Shown one piece after another: positions 1 to 9,137 of a DNA stretch of 54,511 nt; positions within the stretch are counted from its first letter, which is position 1; each line of letters opens with the position of its first letter. The notes under the pieces were generated by a model. That model saw nothing but the letters and a program-made list of their open reading frames with translations, did not search any database and was not told where the DNA came from. Origin of the DNA: a virus (taxonomy: Duplodnaviria > Caudoviricetes). The position numbers were made by a program, and so were the translations under genes. Location: IMG/VR virus record IMGVR_UViG_3300025695_000014, positions 1 through 54,511 of that record; one strand, written 5' to 3'.

Positions 1-104
1 GCGCCTGTTGAATTTGAGTTTTTTTCTATATAACCGCCAGAAGAATCTTTTATATATGCTAAAGATGGTGCGGCTGTGCTTGTTGTTCCAAAAAGTACAG
101 TGCC
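1..104. repeat. 104-bp exact direct repeat, copy 1 (copy 2 at 53636-53739)
   Basis: Base-by-base identity gcgcctgttg...tacagtgcc. Confidence 0.95.
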
Positions 105-389
105 ACTGCTGTCGATGCGCATACGTTCTGAATAACTTTCAGAGCCAACAGCACCTGTATGCGTATAAAACACTAATCCAGCACCAGCCGCACTTTGAAT
201 AGCACCACCACCAGCAGTTGCATTTTCTCTGCTTAACTGAATAGTTGCGTCATTCGGGCCTGACACTAGAAGGGCAGGTGCGTTTGCAGATGCGGCTGAT
301 GGCGCAGTTGAATTGCCCACCAGCACATTGCCACTAGAATCAACAGTAACATTATCTATGCCCTGCCCAGTAACTTTAGTAAGTGCCAT
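1..389 (-). CDS. Tail fibre protein, allele A (partial; runs off the window start and joins the S74-chaperone C-terminus at 53635-53185 on the circle)
   Basis: Not in the ORF track. Hand translation MALTKVTGQGIDNVTVDSSGNVLVG...ERMRIDSSGTVLFGTTSTAAPSLAYIKDSSGG; SD AGGAG upstream; last ~34 codons identical to part of 53185..54303. Confidence 0.85.
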   Translation of the reverse strand, partial: MALTKVTGQGIDNVTVDSSGNVLVGNSTAPSAASANAPALLVSGPNDATIQLSRENATAGGGAIQSAAGAGLVFYTHTGAVGSESYSERMRIDSSGTVLFGTTSTAAPSLAYIKDSSGGYIEKNSNSTG

Positions 390-418
390 GTTATGTTTCT
401 CCTAGTAGCATGTGTGTC

Positions 419-784
419 TTATGCGTAAGGGCTATCACCAAGCAAGTCTGCATCCCAAGCTGCCTTGAGTGCTGCAATGTCACTGGCACTATCAATAGCG
501 GCAGCAGCAGGTGCATCACGAAGGGCATCCTTTGCAGTAGCAATAGCACTGGTATCCGAACCAGCTTCTAGTGCCTTCATCAGTTCCACGTCCTTTGCTT
601 CAAGCAACGGCTTACGTGCTTCACGAATCTTGTCACGGAAGATTGCCCGTGCAGAATCCATGTCTTCACTAATCACGCTTCCATTGAGAGACCATGCACC
701 ACGAAAGTGACGGTCAGAAGGAACGGTAGCTGTGGAAGCATCAATCTGATTTCCGTCCTTATCTACGATGTATGTTGTTGCCAT
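419..784 (-). CDS. Tail fibre assembly/chaperone-like protein
   Basis: IREARKPLL...KDALRDAP motif; tail-cluster context; paralog/allele at 54316-54511. Confidence 0.65.
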   Translation of the reverse strand: MATTYIVDKDGNQIDASTATVPSDRHFRGAWSLNGSVISEDMDSARAIFRDKIREARKPLLEAKDVELMKALEAGSDTSAIATAKDALRDAPAAAAIDSASDIAALKAAWDADLLGDSPYA

Positions 785-797
785 TAGGTTTCTCCTC

Positions 798-1271
798 TTA
801 GGCTGCGATATCAGTGGCAGTTATGTCATCAGCTATCTTCCAAGCATTACGCCACTCTCTAGTGCTTGGTAGCTGTTCTTTACGGCAGATAACCATCTTG
901 GGTTTGTTGCCTGTGTTCCATTCTTGCCAGACGTGTTGTGGGCAGTCCTTCATGATTAAGTATTCAATAGCTTGCTCTTCGGTTAGAGCGGGCATTGGCT
1001 CAGTCGTATGCAACAGGTAGCCGCGAGTATGCTTCTTGAAACCTTCTTCAACTTCATCTTTGGCTAGTTCGTGATACACCCACACTGGCGGTAGGATGCC
1101 GCCTTGTAAAGCGCAAGCCATCCAGTTAGGGTCAGGCACAAGTATCTTGGCGCACTCATCAATGCTGTCCTCATAGACCACACGGTAGTCAGACTGCACA
1201 CCGTCTAGGTTTTCTTTAGCCCAGCACAGTCGGTCAAACAGGTGAGTGCCTTTGAAATCAGGTGTCTGCAT
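798..1271 (-). CDS. Conserved tail-cluster hypothetical protein
   Basis: 157 aa, TAATG-coupled to the upstream gene, ends ...REWRNAW. Confidence 0.75.
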   Translation of the reverse strand: MQTPDFKGTHLFDRLCWAKENLDGVQSDYRVVYEDSIDECAKILVPDPNWMACALQGGILPPVWVYHELAKDEVEEGFKKHTRGYLLHTTEPMPALTEEQAIEYLIMKDCPQHVWQEWNTGNKPKMVICRKEQLPSTREWRNAWKIADDITATDIAA

Positions 1272-1669
1272 TAGGCTAAGTCTCCGTTCACAGAAGAAGT
1301 TACAGTATCAAAGTCTTTAGCCGTGCCAGCACTGTCACATACACCTATTGCAACAGCAGTTGTAGTGTAATTACCTGCCTCTTTTAATAATAGAATTGCA
1401 GAGTTTGTAGAGCTTATACCGCCAGCCGCTTTACTAGCAGAGCCATAAAAAGCGTAGTTGGAGTTATTCATTGCGCTTGAAAGATTAACAGAATATTCAC
1501 CTGTTGAACTGTCAGTAAGGCCACTTACATTCAGCGAATCCCTCGTGGCAATCGTTCCTGTCCCATTAAAATTAACCCAAGCCTTCGCACTACCGTTAAC
1601 AACATAGTCCGTAGTCACCGAACCTGCGGTGCTGTGTTCTAGGGTATCTGCTATAATTGTACCAGCCAT
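1271..1669 (-). CDS. Small tail-fibre/tip protein, AKAW...GDLA family
   Basis: GSAKAWVNFNG ... GDLA*; Ser/Thr/Gly-rich; four paralogs in the window. Confidence 0.75.
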   Translation of the reverse strand: MAGTIIADTLEHSTAGSVTTDYVVNGSAKAWVNFNGTGTIATRDSLNVSGLTDSSTGEYSVNLSSAMNNSNYAFYGSASKAAGGISSTNSAILLLKEAGNYTTTAVAIGVCDSAGTAKDFDTVTSSVNGDLA

Positions 1670-1992
1670 TATGGTTTCTCCGGAAAAACAACATCATCAA
1701 GCGATGTGTATGTGTTAGTAATGTCACGCAAGGCTTGGCGATAGGTTGTCATAGCGTCTGTCATAGTTTGGTCAGACAATGCTAAGTAGTCTGTGTCAGC
1801 AAGTAAGCGATTGCGTTCTCTGCGTAATTCATTTAATTTGTAAGCAACTAGTAACTCAGCTTCTTTTGTAGCGACTGCTGATGCGTCCCAAGACACTACG
1901 TTTCCGTCAGCGTCATATGCTACAGCATTATTACCATCGCCATTTATTGAGACTACGGATGAATACAAATTATAAATAGCTTCGTGCTTCAT
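1669..1992 (-). CDS. Tail fibre assembly chaperone
   Basis: LRRERNRLLADTDY...YRQALRDIT...FPEKP, typical of phage tail assembly chaperones. Confidence 0.8.
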   Translation of the reverse strand: MKHEAIYNLYSSVVSINGDGNNAVAYDADGNVVSWDASAVATKEAELLVAYKLNELRRERNRLLADTDYLALSDQTMTDAMTTYRQALRDITNTYTSLDDVVFPEKP

Positions 1993-2492
1993 TGTGCAAT
2001 CTCCACTACCGTAATACTACTGTGACGAGCCATATCGTCTGTAGCCCTGCGGTTTACAAATAGAGTTCCAGCATTAGTAGCGCATTGAACCTTATAGGTG
2101 GTTGCGCTTGTTGTGGCAGGGCTGTCCAAAAACTCGCAGTGGACGGTGTGGAAATTATCCGCTGTACCGTCATACACTGTCATAGAGCCAGAAAAAGTTT
2201 GCGTGTCATTATCGGGTTTTGCAATCCAAGTTGCCCCTCTTAGCAACCTAAGCTTCGCAACTGCTGATGACGTATTATTGCCAACGGCAGTACTCACCGT
2301 AACAAGAATTTTACTATTAGAAAATTTAGGAGTGATTGTCACAGACAACCCTGTAACGTCAGTGTAGCTACTAGAAGGTGAACTAAATCCGTCAGTCTTA
2401 GATGTGCTTACAACCTGAACTACATGACCCGGAATCTGCACACCGTTGCCGCTCGTCTTCTCGTTAATGGTATCAACTAGGATGGTACTCAT
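1989..2492 (-). CDS. Small tail-fibre protein
   Basis: MSTILVDTI N-terminus shared with the family; GHVVQVV...ITPKFSNSKILV...DSPATTSATTYKVQ...EIAQ. Confidence 0.75.
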   Translation of the reverse strand: MSTILVDTINEKTSGNGVQIPGHVVQVVSTSKTDGFSSPSSSYTDVTGLSVTITPKFSNSKILVTVSTAVGNNTSSAVAKLRLLRGATWIAKPDNDTQTFSGSMTVYDGTADNFHTVHCEFLDSPATTSATTYKVQCATNAGTLFVNRRATDDMARHSSITVVEIAQ

Positions 2493-2866
2493 GCTAGGTC
2501 TCCGTGAATTGTGAATACTGCTGGGTCTGGGTCAAATTGTGTCCACGTCCCAGAGTTATCATACTGGTAATTCAACACGAGGCTTCCTGTTGCAAGGTCA
2601 GATGTCTGAAACAAACTTGCTACACCGTTGCCCCCATAGGACAGCATAGATGGAGCATAATCCGCAGTAGAAAAAGATGAGACAAACGAACAAGCATAGT
2701 CACCAGCACCATTATCCACAATACCACTGGTATTTATGCTGTTGCGTAAGGAGGGAGTTGCCGCATTAGCATCTATGTTTGCCCAAGCCTTCGCCGCACT
2801 CTGATTAGTCAGCGTGACTGCACCGCCAGATGTGTTCTGGATTGTATCTGCTTTTAATGTACTCAT
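2489..2866 (-). CDS. Small tail-fibre/tip protein, AKAW...GDLA family
   Basis: QSAAKAW ... HGDLA*. Confidence 0.75.
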   Translation of the reverse strand: MSTLKADTIQNTSGGAVTLTNQSAAKAWANIDANAATPSLRNSINTSGIVDNGAGDYACSFVSSFSTADYAPSMLSYGGNGVASLFQTSDLATGSLVLNYQYDNSGTWTQFDPDPAVFTIHGDLA

Positions 2867-3315
2867 AGTGTCACCAATGTTCCACCGCTATCTACGGTCA
2901 ATGTTACACCAGATGCTATGGTAAGCGGTCCAGTTACGTTAGCATTCTCAGTTCCGACAATAGTAATGTCCGAACTCAACGTCTGTGCATTGATACGGAA
3001 CATACCGTTATTCTTAAAGTTGCCTTTAAACTCATCAGGGGGAGTGATTGAACCTGCAGTGAGGTCAAGGAAGTTCACAAAGATGTTCGCAGTGCCGCTA
3101 GAGGGGGCAGCAGTGAAGGTCAGGGTAACACCGTCAGGCACAGTGTAGGCACTAGCCGCATCTTGGACAACGCCATCAACCGACACAATGATGCTTTGCT
3201 TCGTTGCAACTGTGCGGTTCAGGGTAAATGTGGTTGTTGAACCATCACCATTAAACTGTTGTACCGCTGGGGTAGAAAAGTATGAAGCGGCAGGTATGTT
3301 ACCTTGATAGGCCAT
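2863..3315 (-). CDS. Tail-fibre adaptor-like protein
   Basis: FNGDGSTTTFTL...VSVDGVVQ...LTFTAAP; similar organisation to 52723..53184. Confidence 0.7.
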   Translation of the reverse strand: MAYQGNIPAASYFSTPAVQQFNGDGSTTTFTLNRTVATKQSIIVSVDGVVQDAASAYTVPDGVTLTFTAAPSSGTANIFVNFLDLTAGSITPPDEFKGNFKNNGMFRINAQTLSSDITIVGTENANVTGPLTIASGVTLTVDSGGTLVTL

Positions 3316-3325
3316 GCCCTACTCC

Positions 3326-3670
3326 TTATGTAATGTCAAGATGGCTAAGAACAACGTCAGCAGATGATGCTGTATCCGATGTGACCTTGATTGCGTCACC
3401 CGGTTCTAGCACAACCTTCTGGTCACCACCAACCACAATTAAAGAACCACCAACAGGCACTGGAGCATCTTTAACAAGGTACACACTGTCTACTGCTCCT
3501 GATGTACGACCTGAACCGTCAAGCTGTACATCTACAGTAATCTGTGATGTTACGATGTTAGCGACACTCAGACCAATGATGGTGGTTTCGGTGGAAGCAC
3601 CACAAGTTAGAATAGTCGCTGGGGACGTTCCAACTGCTGTGTCTGTTTCTGATAGGAAAGCGTTTGCCAT
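3326..3670 (-). CDS. Small virion structural protein
   Basis: MANAF...KVVLEPGDAIKVTS; SD GAGGGA; similar to 7486..7842. Confidence 0.7.
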   Translation of the reverse strand: MANAFLSETDTAVGTSPATILTCGASTETTIIGLSVANIVTSQITVDVQLDGSGRTSGAVDSVYLVKDAPVPVGGSLIVVGGDQKVVLEPGDAIKVTSDTASSADVVLSHLDIT

Positions 3671-3690
3671 AGTAATCCCTCTTTGGATAT

Positions 3691-3719
3691 ATTATAAAGT
3701 ATTTTTGTGTGATTGTCAA
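3691..3719 (-). promoter_or_regulatory. Sigma70-type promoter for the tail-tip gene cluster
   Basis: Exact TTGACA-N17-TATAAT on the - strand. Confidence 0.85.
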
Positions 3720-5311
3720 CCCAGTGCGATAGCAAAAGCCAGAGCAGATGGGTCTGTTTCGACTACGGTGATGTTGGTTAGCTGCGAACCGTCGACAGCC
3801 GGAAGTTTTCCAGTGCCGTCGAGTTGCACAACATTGTTCGCGGAGGTTCCCACGTTTAGGGTAGCAGCCGTACCCAAACCAAGAGTGGTGCGTTGGGCAG
3901 CGGCGTCTGCATCGTCGAGCAGTGCCTTACCTGCAGCAGTGAGGTCGTAGGTTGCTGCCGTACCGACTCCCGTGAACTGAATACCCTTGTCAGCAGCAGA
4001 CGTCAGTCCTGCAAGAGCCTGAAGTTCTGCATCCAGACGGGCATTGGCTACGGTTCCGGTAAGCTGAGAAGCATCGATGCTTTTGTTTGTTAGGGTGTCG
4101 GTGGTGTCCCGTCCGACGAGGGTTGTGGTTGCTGTCGGAAGAGTTACCGTACCCGTATTTGAAATCGTGCTGATTACCGGGGAGGTAAGGGTCTTGTTCG
4201 TCAAGGTTTGCGAACCCGTCAAGGTTGCAACGGTTGAGTCGATTGCAAACGTCACGGCATTACCGCTACCGGATGTATCAATACCCGTGCCGCCCGTAAA
4301 AGTCAAGGTCTCGCTATCGAGGTCGATGCTTAATGCACCGCCTGTGTCAGCTTGGAAGTCAAGGTCTTGTGCGGTAACCTGAGCGTCAACATACGTCTTA
4401 ATGGCCTTTGCAGAGGCGAGGGTTGTGTCAGTAGCCGCAACAGATGTTAGGTCAGTGTCGAGGACGCCTGACTTGAGATTGTCTACCTCGATGTTTGAAA
4501 GGGTGTTGTTGTCAGCATCGATGGTTTTGTTCGTCAAGGTGTCGGTTGTGGCTCTGCCCACGAGAGTATCCGTGCTGGTTGGCAGAGTTAGCGTACCCGT
4601 GTTCGAAATGGTGGCGATGACAGGTGTTGTCAAGGTTTTGTTGGTCAGAGTTTGCGAACCTGTGAGGGTAGCGACAGTAGAGTCGATGGCAAAAGTAACA
4701 GCATTACCTGCACCAGCAGTATCAATGCCTGTGCCACCTGTAAACGTGAGAGTCTCGCTGTCAAGGTCAATATTAAGTGCGCCGCCCGTATCTGCTTGGA
4801 AGTCGAGGTCTTGTGCCGTGACTTGTGCATCGACATAGGCTTTGATGGACTGCTGGGTTGCAAGGGCTGTATCGCTGTCGGAAGATAGGGTATCTTCGTC
4901 GAGGATGTCCGTGACAGTGGTGGTTGGCATCGCAATGCTATCAACATACGCAACACCATCGATGTACAGGTCTTTGAACTCAAGACCGGATGCACCCAAG
5001 TCAACATCGTTGTCAGTTACGGGAACGACAGCCCCATCTTGTACTCGTAGCTGTTCTACGGAAGAACTTGAAACATCTACAAAGAAACCAACCCGATTGT
5101 TCGTGTCGTCAACAACAACCTTGTTTATCGGAGTTGTTATGCCGGGGTCACCAATCAGACCGATGACCGGACCTTCAGCAGCCGTGCCATCGTGCTTGTG
5201 ACCTGTCGAGTTGTTGAAGGCGGCTAATAGCTGGTCGAACTCATCATTCGAATCCGATGCGTTGATAACGTCGCCGTCAGTATATGTAGATTGTCTGGTA
5301 TAACCTGCCAT
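3716..5311 (-). CDS. Tail fibre (proximal/trunk) protein
   Basis: MAGYTRQS...HKHDGT N-terminus, TLTNKT repeats, SIKAYVD motif, ends AFAIALG; follows the tail tube genes. Confidence 0.85.
   Translation of the reverse strand: MAGYTRQSTYTDGDVINASDSNDEFDQLLAAFNNSTGHKHDGTAAEGPVIGLIGDPGITTPINKVVVDDTNNRVGFFVDVSSSSVEQLRVQDGAVVPVTDNDVDLGASGLEFKDLYIDGVAYVDSIAMPTTTVTDILDEDTLSSDSDTALATQQSIKAYVDAQVTAQDLDFQADTGGALNIDLDSETLTFTGGTGIDTAGAGNAVTFAIDSTVATLTGSQTLTNKTLTTPVIATISNTGTLTLPTSTDTLVGRATTDTLTNKTIDADNNTLSNIEVDNLKSGVLDTDLTSVAATDTTLASAKAIKTYVDAQVTAQDLDFQADTGGALSIDLDSETLTFTGGTGIDTSGSGNAVTFAIDSTVATLTGSQTLTNKTLTSPVISTISNTGTVTLPTATTTLVGRDTTDTLTNKSIDASQLTGTVANARLDAELQALAGLTSAADKGIQFTGVGTAATYDLTAAGKALLDDADAAAQRTTLGLGTAATLNVGTSANNVVQLDGTGKLPAVDGSQLTNITVVETDPSALAFAIALG
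4075..4850 (-). repeat. Internal ~444-nt (148-aa) duplication in the tail fibre gene
   Basis: YVDAQVTAQDLDFQADTGGAL.IDLDSETLTFTGGTGIDT occurs twice; gcttggaagtc at 4350 and 4794. Confidence 0.9.
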
Positions 5312-5314
5312 TGG

Positions 5315-6826
5315 TTATCTCCTTCCTCCCGGAGTAAATTCTAGTTGGTAGCCTTTGATTGAGATGGGGGCTGCGCCTTGATTGTCGTCGAGACGAACCG
5401 CAACCGTAAATCCGCCCCCTTCGATGCTCTGTCTGACTAGCGGTGTCCCGCTCGAACCGTACACGGCTGTCCCGTATGTTGAGGTAGCGAATCCGTAGAT
5501 AGCTACCGCTGCACCTGTTGTCAGTTCGTATTCGTTTGGCTGGGGAACATCCGACGAATTAAAGTCGTAGCGAATACGAAACTTTGAGTTAACCGTTCCT
5601 TCGTTATCGTAGTTCCAGATAATCCGTTGCATGAGCTTTCGGATACCTGCGTCGCCCATCGTAAAGTCAGGAGAACGATAAATAGCCTGAATGTTGGTTC
5701 CGTCGAAGTTATCCCCCGTTTCTTGCTTGTAGACGTAACCATCGTAACCACCGTGCAAGATTGTTTCAGTGCCGCTGATAAACCCAGACACGCAACACGC
5801 TGCCTTGATACCTTTCAGGTCAGCGTACTCCCAACCCATGCCACCTTCGACACCAGATTTGATGACACCGATGATACCCGGTGCGCCAGCCGTCGTTCCT
5901 GAGTCTTGGGGAAAGAACAGACGATATTGGCTTTTGTTGCGGATAACAACGGACGAGATGCGTTCCTTAGAGATGTTATCGAGGCGGGGCTGTACCTGCT
6001 TAGATATCGTTCCCAGTTCGATATCCCCAATCTTATCCGTACCTGCGATGGTTCGCAAACCGTCCGGAGCCAGATAGATAACGTCACCTGCTATCTCTTG
6101 AACGCTGAAGCCATCAACACATCCGATGTTTCGTGTGACAGGTTGCATCTGAAAGTCTGCAACCGACGAACCTGCAAGAAAGTAAATTTGGTCTTCGCAA
6201 AAGATGAAGAGACGGTCACGAAAGACCTTCAGTTTCTTAACGGGGCTTTCGACGCGAACCGACCCCGCCCCATTCGCCGTTGCAAAGTCCGTTTCATCAA
6301 ACGGAGACGTAAACACCACTTCCTGTGGGTTCGTTGACATACCTGCAAAAAACACGTGACTTTTAAACACAGCCACGAACTGAGGGTCTGCAGGTGCGCC
6401 TGTAGCGTTAATATCTGTAACCGAACTGTTATCGTACACTGAAGCATTGTTGGCTCCATCACACCAGATAACTTTTTCAGTGTTGTTGAAATTAAAGTTT
6501 GCAAAGTCAAAACGTCCTGCGCTAGTTCGTCCGGTGTCTATGCTTGTCCAGCCGCTACCCGTACCTTTGTAAACCGCCGTACCCTTAGATGCAATCACTT
6601 GGTTTTGATAGACGTGAACCCCAAGAATAGTTCCGGATGTGCCACCAACTTGGTTCGTGTCGTACTTTTCGAACCCGTTGATACGCCTATACCCACCGTT
6701 TATGTCCGGCTCGAAGTTTTGCAACTGGAGAGCAGCACCGGGGGGGATAGAGAACGTGTCCTTGTCGAGGACCAGACCGCCGCCTAATCGAACAACTGCC
6801 GGGCTGATTAGCGATGTTTCTGGCAT
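5315..6826 (-). CDS. Tail tubular protein B / nozzle (T7 gp12- or P22 gp10-like)
   Basis: 503 aa, beta-rich, NFEPDINGGYRRING, position after the adaptor gene. Confidence 0.75.
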   Translation of the reverse strand: MPETSLISPAVVRLGGGLVLDKDTFSIPPGAALQLQNFEPDINGGYRRINGFEKYDTNQVGGTSGTILGVHVYQNQVIASKGTAVYKGTGSGWTSIDTGRTSAGRFDFANFNFNNTEKVIWCDGANNASVYDNSSVTDINATGAPADPQFVAVFKSHVFFAGMSTNPQEVVFTSPFDETDFATANGAGSVRVESPVKKLKVFRDRLFIFCEDQIYFLAGSSVADFQMQPVTRNIGCVDGFSVQEIAGDVIYLAPDGLRTIAGTDKIGDIELGTISKQVQPRLDNISKERISSVVIRNKSQYRLFFPQDSGTTAGAPGIIGVIKSGVEGGMGWEYADLKGIKAACCVSGFISGTETILHGGYDGYVYKQETGDNFDGTNIQAIYRSPDFTMGDAGIRKLMQRIIWNYDNEGTVNSKFRIRYDFNSSDVPQPNEYELTTGAAVAIYGFATSTYGTAVYGSSGTPLVRQSIEGGGFTVAVRLDDNQGAAPISIKGYQLEFTPGGRR

Positions 6827-7482
6827 TAGACAGCCCTCATGTAGTCCTTACGGTTGATTAGTTCGACACGCATACGGCTCAAGCCCTCTATGTAGTCACG
6901 CAAGGCAAGCTGCGAGAACTGAACATCAGACCGAAGCATGTGGGCGTAATAACGTGCGCGATTGACAATGACGTCGTGAAACCGCTCCGGAATGACCGGA
7001 GTATCCGTAGCACCGGACATGTCGGTAGACGTCTGATAATAATAGTAGCGAACCGTGTAGGTGTCGTCAGGCACGGGGGACAGGCCAATCTTATTGTCAG
7101 GGGTTTCGTAGACAAAGTCGGGGGCAGCACGTGCGCTGGTGTTGGGGTTCGTGTCGATTTCGTTCTTTGCATCGAGGTATTCGTTGAAGGACAGGTAGCG
7201 AAGGGTTCTCTCTGCCTCTCCAGATTTTTGAACTGTAAAGCTATCAAAGTCAACGGTCTTGGCATCTGCTTCGCGAGAATATTCGGCAGTTCCGGCAACA
7301 GTGCTAAAGGACTGGCTAACAACCGTAAAAGGCCACTCGATTTCAGAGTTGATGATGTCTCTCTGGGCTTTGTTCACAAAGTCTTTGATAGAGGTTTGGA
7401 TGCCACGAGTCGAACCGATGTTGACAATCTCAACCTCGTTGATTTCGCGAAGGACGTTGTTGCAGAGTTGGAGGTAGTTCAT
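6826..7482 (-). CDS. Tail tubular protein A / head-tail adaptor
   Basis: MNYLQLCNNVLREINE...PVPD...IPERFHDVIV, typical podovirus adaptor. Confidence 0.75.
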   Translation of the reverse strand: MNYLQLCNNVLREINEVEIVNIGSTRGIQTSIKDFVNKAQRDIINSEIEWPFTVVSQSFSTVAGTAEYSREADAKTVDFDSFTVQKSGEAERTLRYLSFNEYLDAKNEIDTNPNTSARAAPDFVYETPDNKIGLSPVPDDTYTVRYYYYQTSTDMSGATDTPVIPERFHDVIVNRARYYAHMLRSDVQFSQLALRDYIEGLSRMRVELINRKDYMRAV

Positions 7483-7485
7483 GGG

Positions 7486-7842
7486 TTACCTATTTGGGTC
7501 ATAAAATTCTTCAGCACTTACAGTAACAGCCAAAGTATTTGATGTTCCTGCAGCAACAATTAGTTTGTCTCCTGCGTGAAGATACAAAGGTTTATCTACT
7601 GTAAAAACAGATTCGAAGGCTTTACCGTCGAGGGCATGATTATCTAAAAGAATATGTGTCGTTGTGTCATCTGCGTGATAAAACTTCAGGGTATAGTTTC
7701 GTGTGCTGCTATCGTTGTTGCTCACGAACAAATGCTCGACGTGAGATGAAAAATTTGCCGGAACCACATATATATCTGTATCGCTTGTGGTGGACAAAGC
7801 GACAGATTCCGTAAAAAACTTGCTGTTACCGACGATAGGCAT
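7486..7842 (-). CDS. Small structural protein
   Basis: 118 aa, IYVVPA...LYLHAGDKLIV; similar to 3326..3670. Confidence 0.65.
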   Translation of the reverse strand: MPIVGNSKFFTESVALSTTSDTDIYVVPANFSSHVEHLFVSNNDSSTRNYTLKFYHADDTTTHILLDNHALDGKAFESVFTVDKPLYLHAGDKLIVAAGTSNTLAVTVSAEEFYDPNR

Positions 7843-7964
7843 CAGTCACGATTCTTTTTTAAAAGGTTACGATGCTTTGTCCACAACCAGTTGTCCACCG
7901 CTGCGAACAATATACTAATGCGTAACAAAATCATAGCGACGCGATATCTAATCTTTTTCTTCAT
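7842..7964 (-). CDS. 40-aa basic/hydrophobic peptide
   Basis: Not in track; MKKKIRYRVAMILLRISILFAAVDNWLWTKHRNLLKKNRD*, TGATG-coupled at both ends. Confidence 0.55.
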   Translation of the reverse strand: MKKKIRYRVAMILLRISILFAAVDNWLWTKHRNLLKKNRD

Positions 7965-8221
7965 CACACTTTCCTGTAAGATTTAGTCTTCTTGGCGATA
8001 GCTTTAGGCTGTTTTGCAACTTGCTTACCAGCCTTAGTAGCCTTGCGCTTCGCACGGGTAGTGGCTGCGTACTCCTTCGAACTGAGTGCCTTGATGGCTT
8101 TCTCCGGAAGGTAACGTTCTCCTGTAGCCTTCGAACCCTGTGTAGAGGGTTTTCCAGACTTTGTGCGCCACTTTTGTTTAGTCCACGATTTAAGGGACTT
8201 CTGACTTTTAGCCAATGCCAC
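7964..8221 (-). CDS. Small basic phage protein
   Basis: SLKSWTKQKWRTKSGK...RYLPEKAIKALS. Confidence 0.75.
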   Translation of the reverse strand: MALAKSQKSLKSWTKQKWRTKSGKPSTQGSKATGERYLPEKAIKALSSKEYAATTRAKRKATKAGKQVAKQPKAIAKKTKSYRKV

Positions 8222-8426
8222 TGCCGTCTCCAGTAAGTCTCAACAGGGTTTCTAATTTTCCGTTGGCGTCTTCCCATTTTTCAAGTGCCGTATCCATTTC
8301 TTTGATAAGGTCGGGATGTTCGCCAACACCAATAGGGTTGTTAAGGTAGTTTTCAAGGACATGCTCTGCGTGTTTCTTCTGGGCTTTGTATTGGAACACA
8401 AGGGCGTCGATGGCAAGTTGCTTCAT
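8208..8426 (-). CDS. Hypothetical protein
   Basis: YLNNPIGVGEHPDL motif; SD GGAG; own promoter. Confidence 0.75.
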   Translation of the reverse strand: MKQLAIDALVFQYKAQKKHAEHVLENYLNNPIGVGEHPDLIKEMDTALEKWEDANGKLETLLRLTGDGSGIG

Positions 8427-8449
8427 AAGTAACATCTCCGGTTAACCTT

Positions 8450-8478
8450 ATTATACACCATTTTGCAACCTAACGCAA
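8450..8478 (-). promoter_or_regulatory. Sigma70-type promoter
   Basis: TTGCGT-N17-TATAAT. Confidence 0.65.
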
Positions 8479-8904
8479 GCCTTTTAAGAAGTACACTGCT
8501 ATTGCAATCGCCCCAAGACCTACAATTATGGCTGCTGCGATAACCGACACCTCGATAATCATCTGGCGTTTGGCTCGTGCCTTCTGTTCCTGTTCGCGGC
8601 GTTGCTTTCGTGCTTCTGCCTGAAATCGTTGCCAATCATTCCACAAGCCGGGACGACCTGTGTAAATCATGATTTGCTTGAGTTCGTCTTCCCGTTGTTT
8701 GATGGCTTCGAGAGCCATGAAGTTTTCAAGGTCCGAACCGGAAGCACTTCCCTTCGCCTTACCTTGTACTTTGCGTTCAATTTCTTCCTTTGCACCCACG
8801 AACTTGCCGATTGCACTTCCGGCTTTTGCGAGGTCCCCTGCATTTTGGACAGCAGACTTAATAACGCCAAACGCCGCATTTGCTGCTGCCAATTCTGCTA
8901 ACAT
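8470..8904 (-). CDS. Hypothetical protein with C-terminal transmembrane helix
   Basis: MLAELAAANAAF... plus hydrophobic tail. Confidence 0.75.
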   Translation of the reverse strand: MLAELAAANAAFGVIKSAVQNAGDLAKAGSAIGKFVGAKEEIERKVQGKAKGSASGSDLENFMALEAIKQREDELKQIMIYTGRPGLWNDWQRFQAEARKQRREQEQKARAKRQMIIEVSVIAAAIIVGLGAIAIAVYFLKGLR

Positions 8905-8905
8905 G

Positions 8906-9133
8906 TCAGTACACCTCTACAACGCCTTCTTTTATATACTTAGGTATGCAATATGCGGTAACACGGTCTCGTTCATCCACCCAATCACGATAGGTGTAGC
9001 TTCCATAACGTCTTGACAATTCAGCGGCATAGAAGTTGCAGTCCGTAATACTCCTGAAATACATGTCTCCACTAGCAAGGTAACGGCTTTCTCCAGTTCC
9101 GATGTAGACAAGAAGCAAGAAGACGTGGGCCAT
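8906..9133 (-). CDS. Hypothetical protein
   Basis: MAHVFLLLVYIG...YFRSITDCNFYA...TAYCIP. Confidence 0.65.
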   Translation of the reverse strand: MAHVFLLLVYIGTGESRYLASGDMYFRSITDCNFYAAELSRRYGSYTYRDWVDERDRVTAYCIPKYIKEGVVEVY

Positions 9134-9137
9134 TCCA

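Noticed and set aside
1-104. Physical direct terminal repeat or DGR template/variable repeat
   Set aside because: The repeat is mid-gene, the second copy is not at the contig end, copies are identical with no adenine-specific changes, and no reverse transcriptase is encoded
3282-7542. Long + strand ORFs opposite the tail genes (also 21315..22148 and 48389..48994)
   Set aside because: Antisense shadows of well-supported - strand genes, with no SD or motifs
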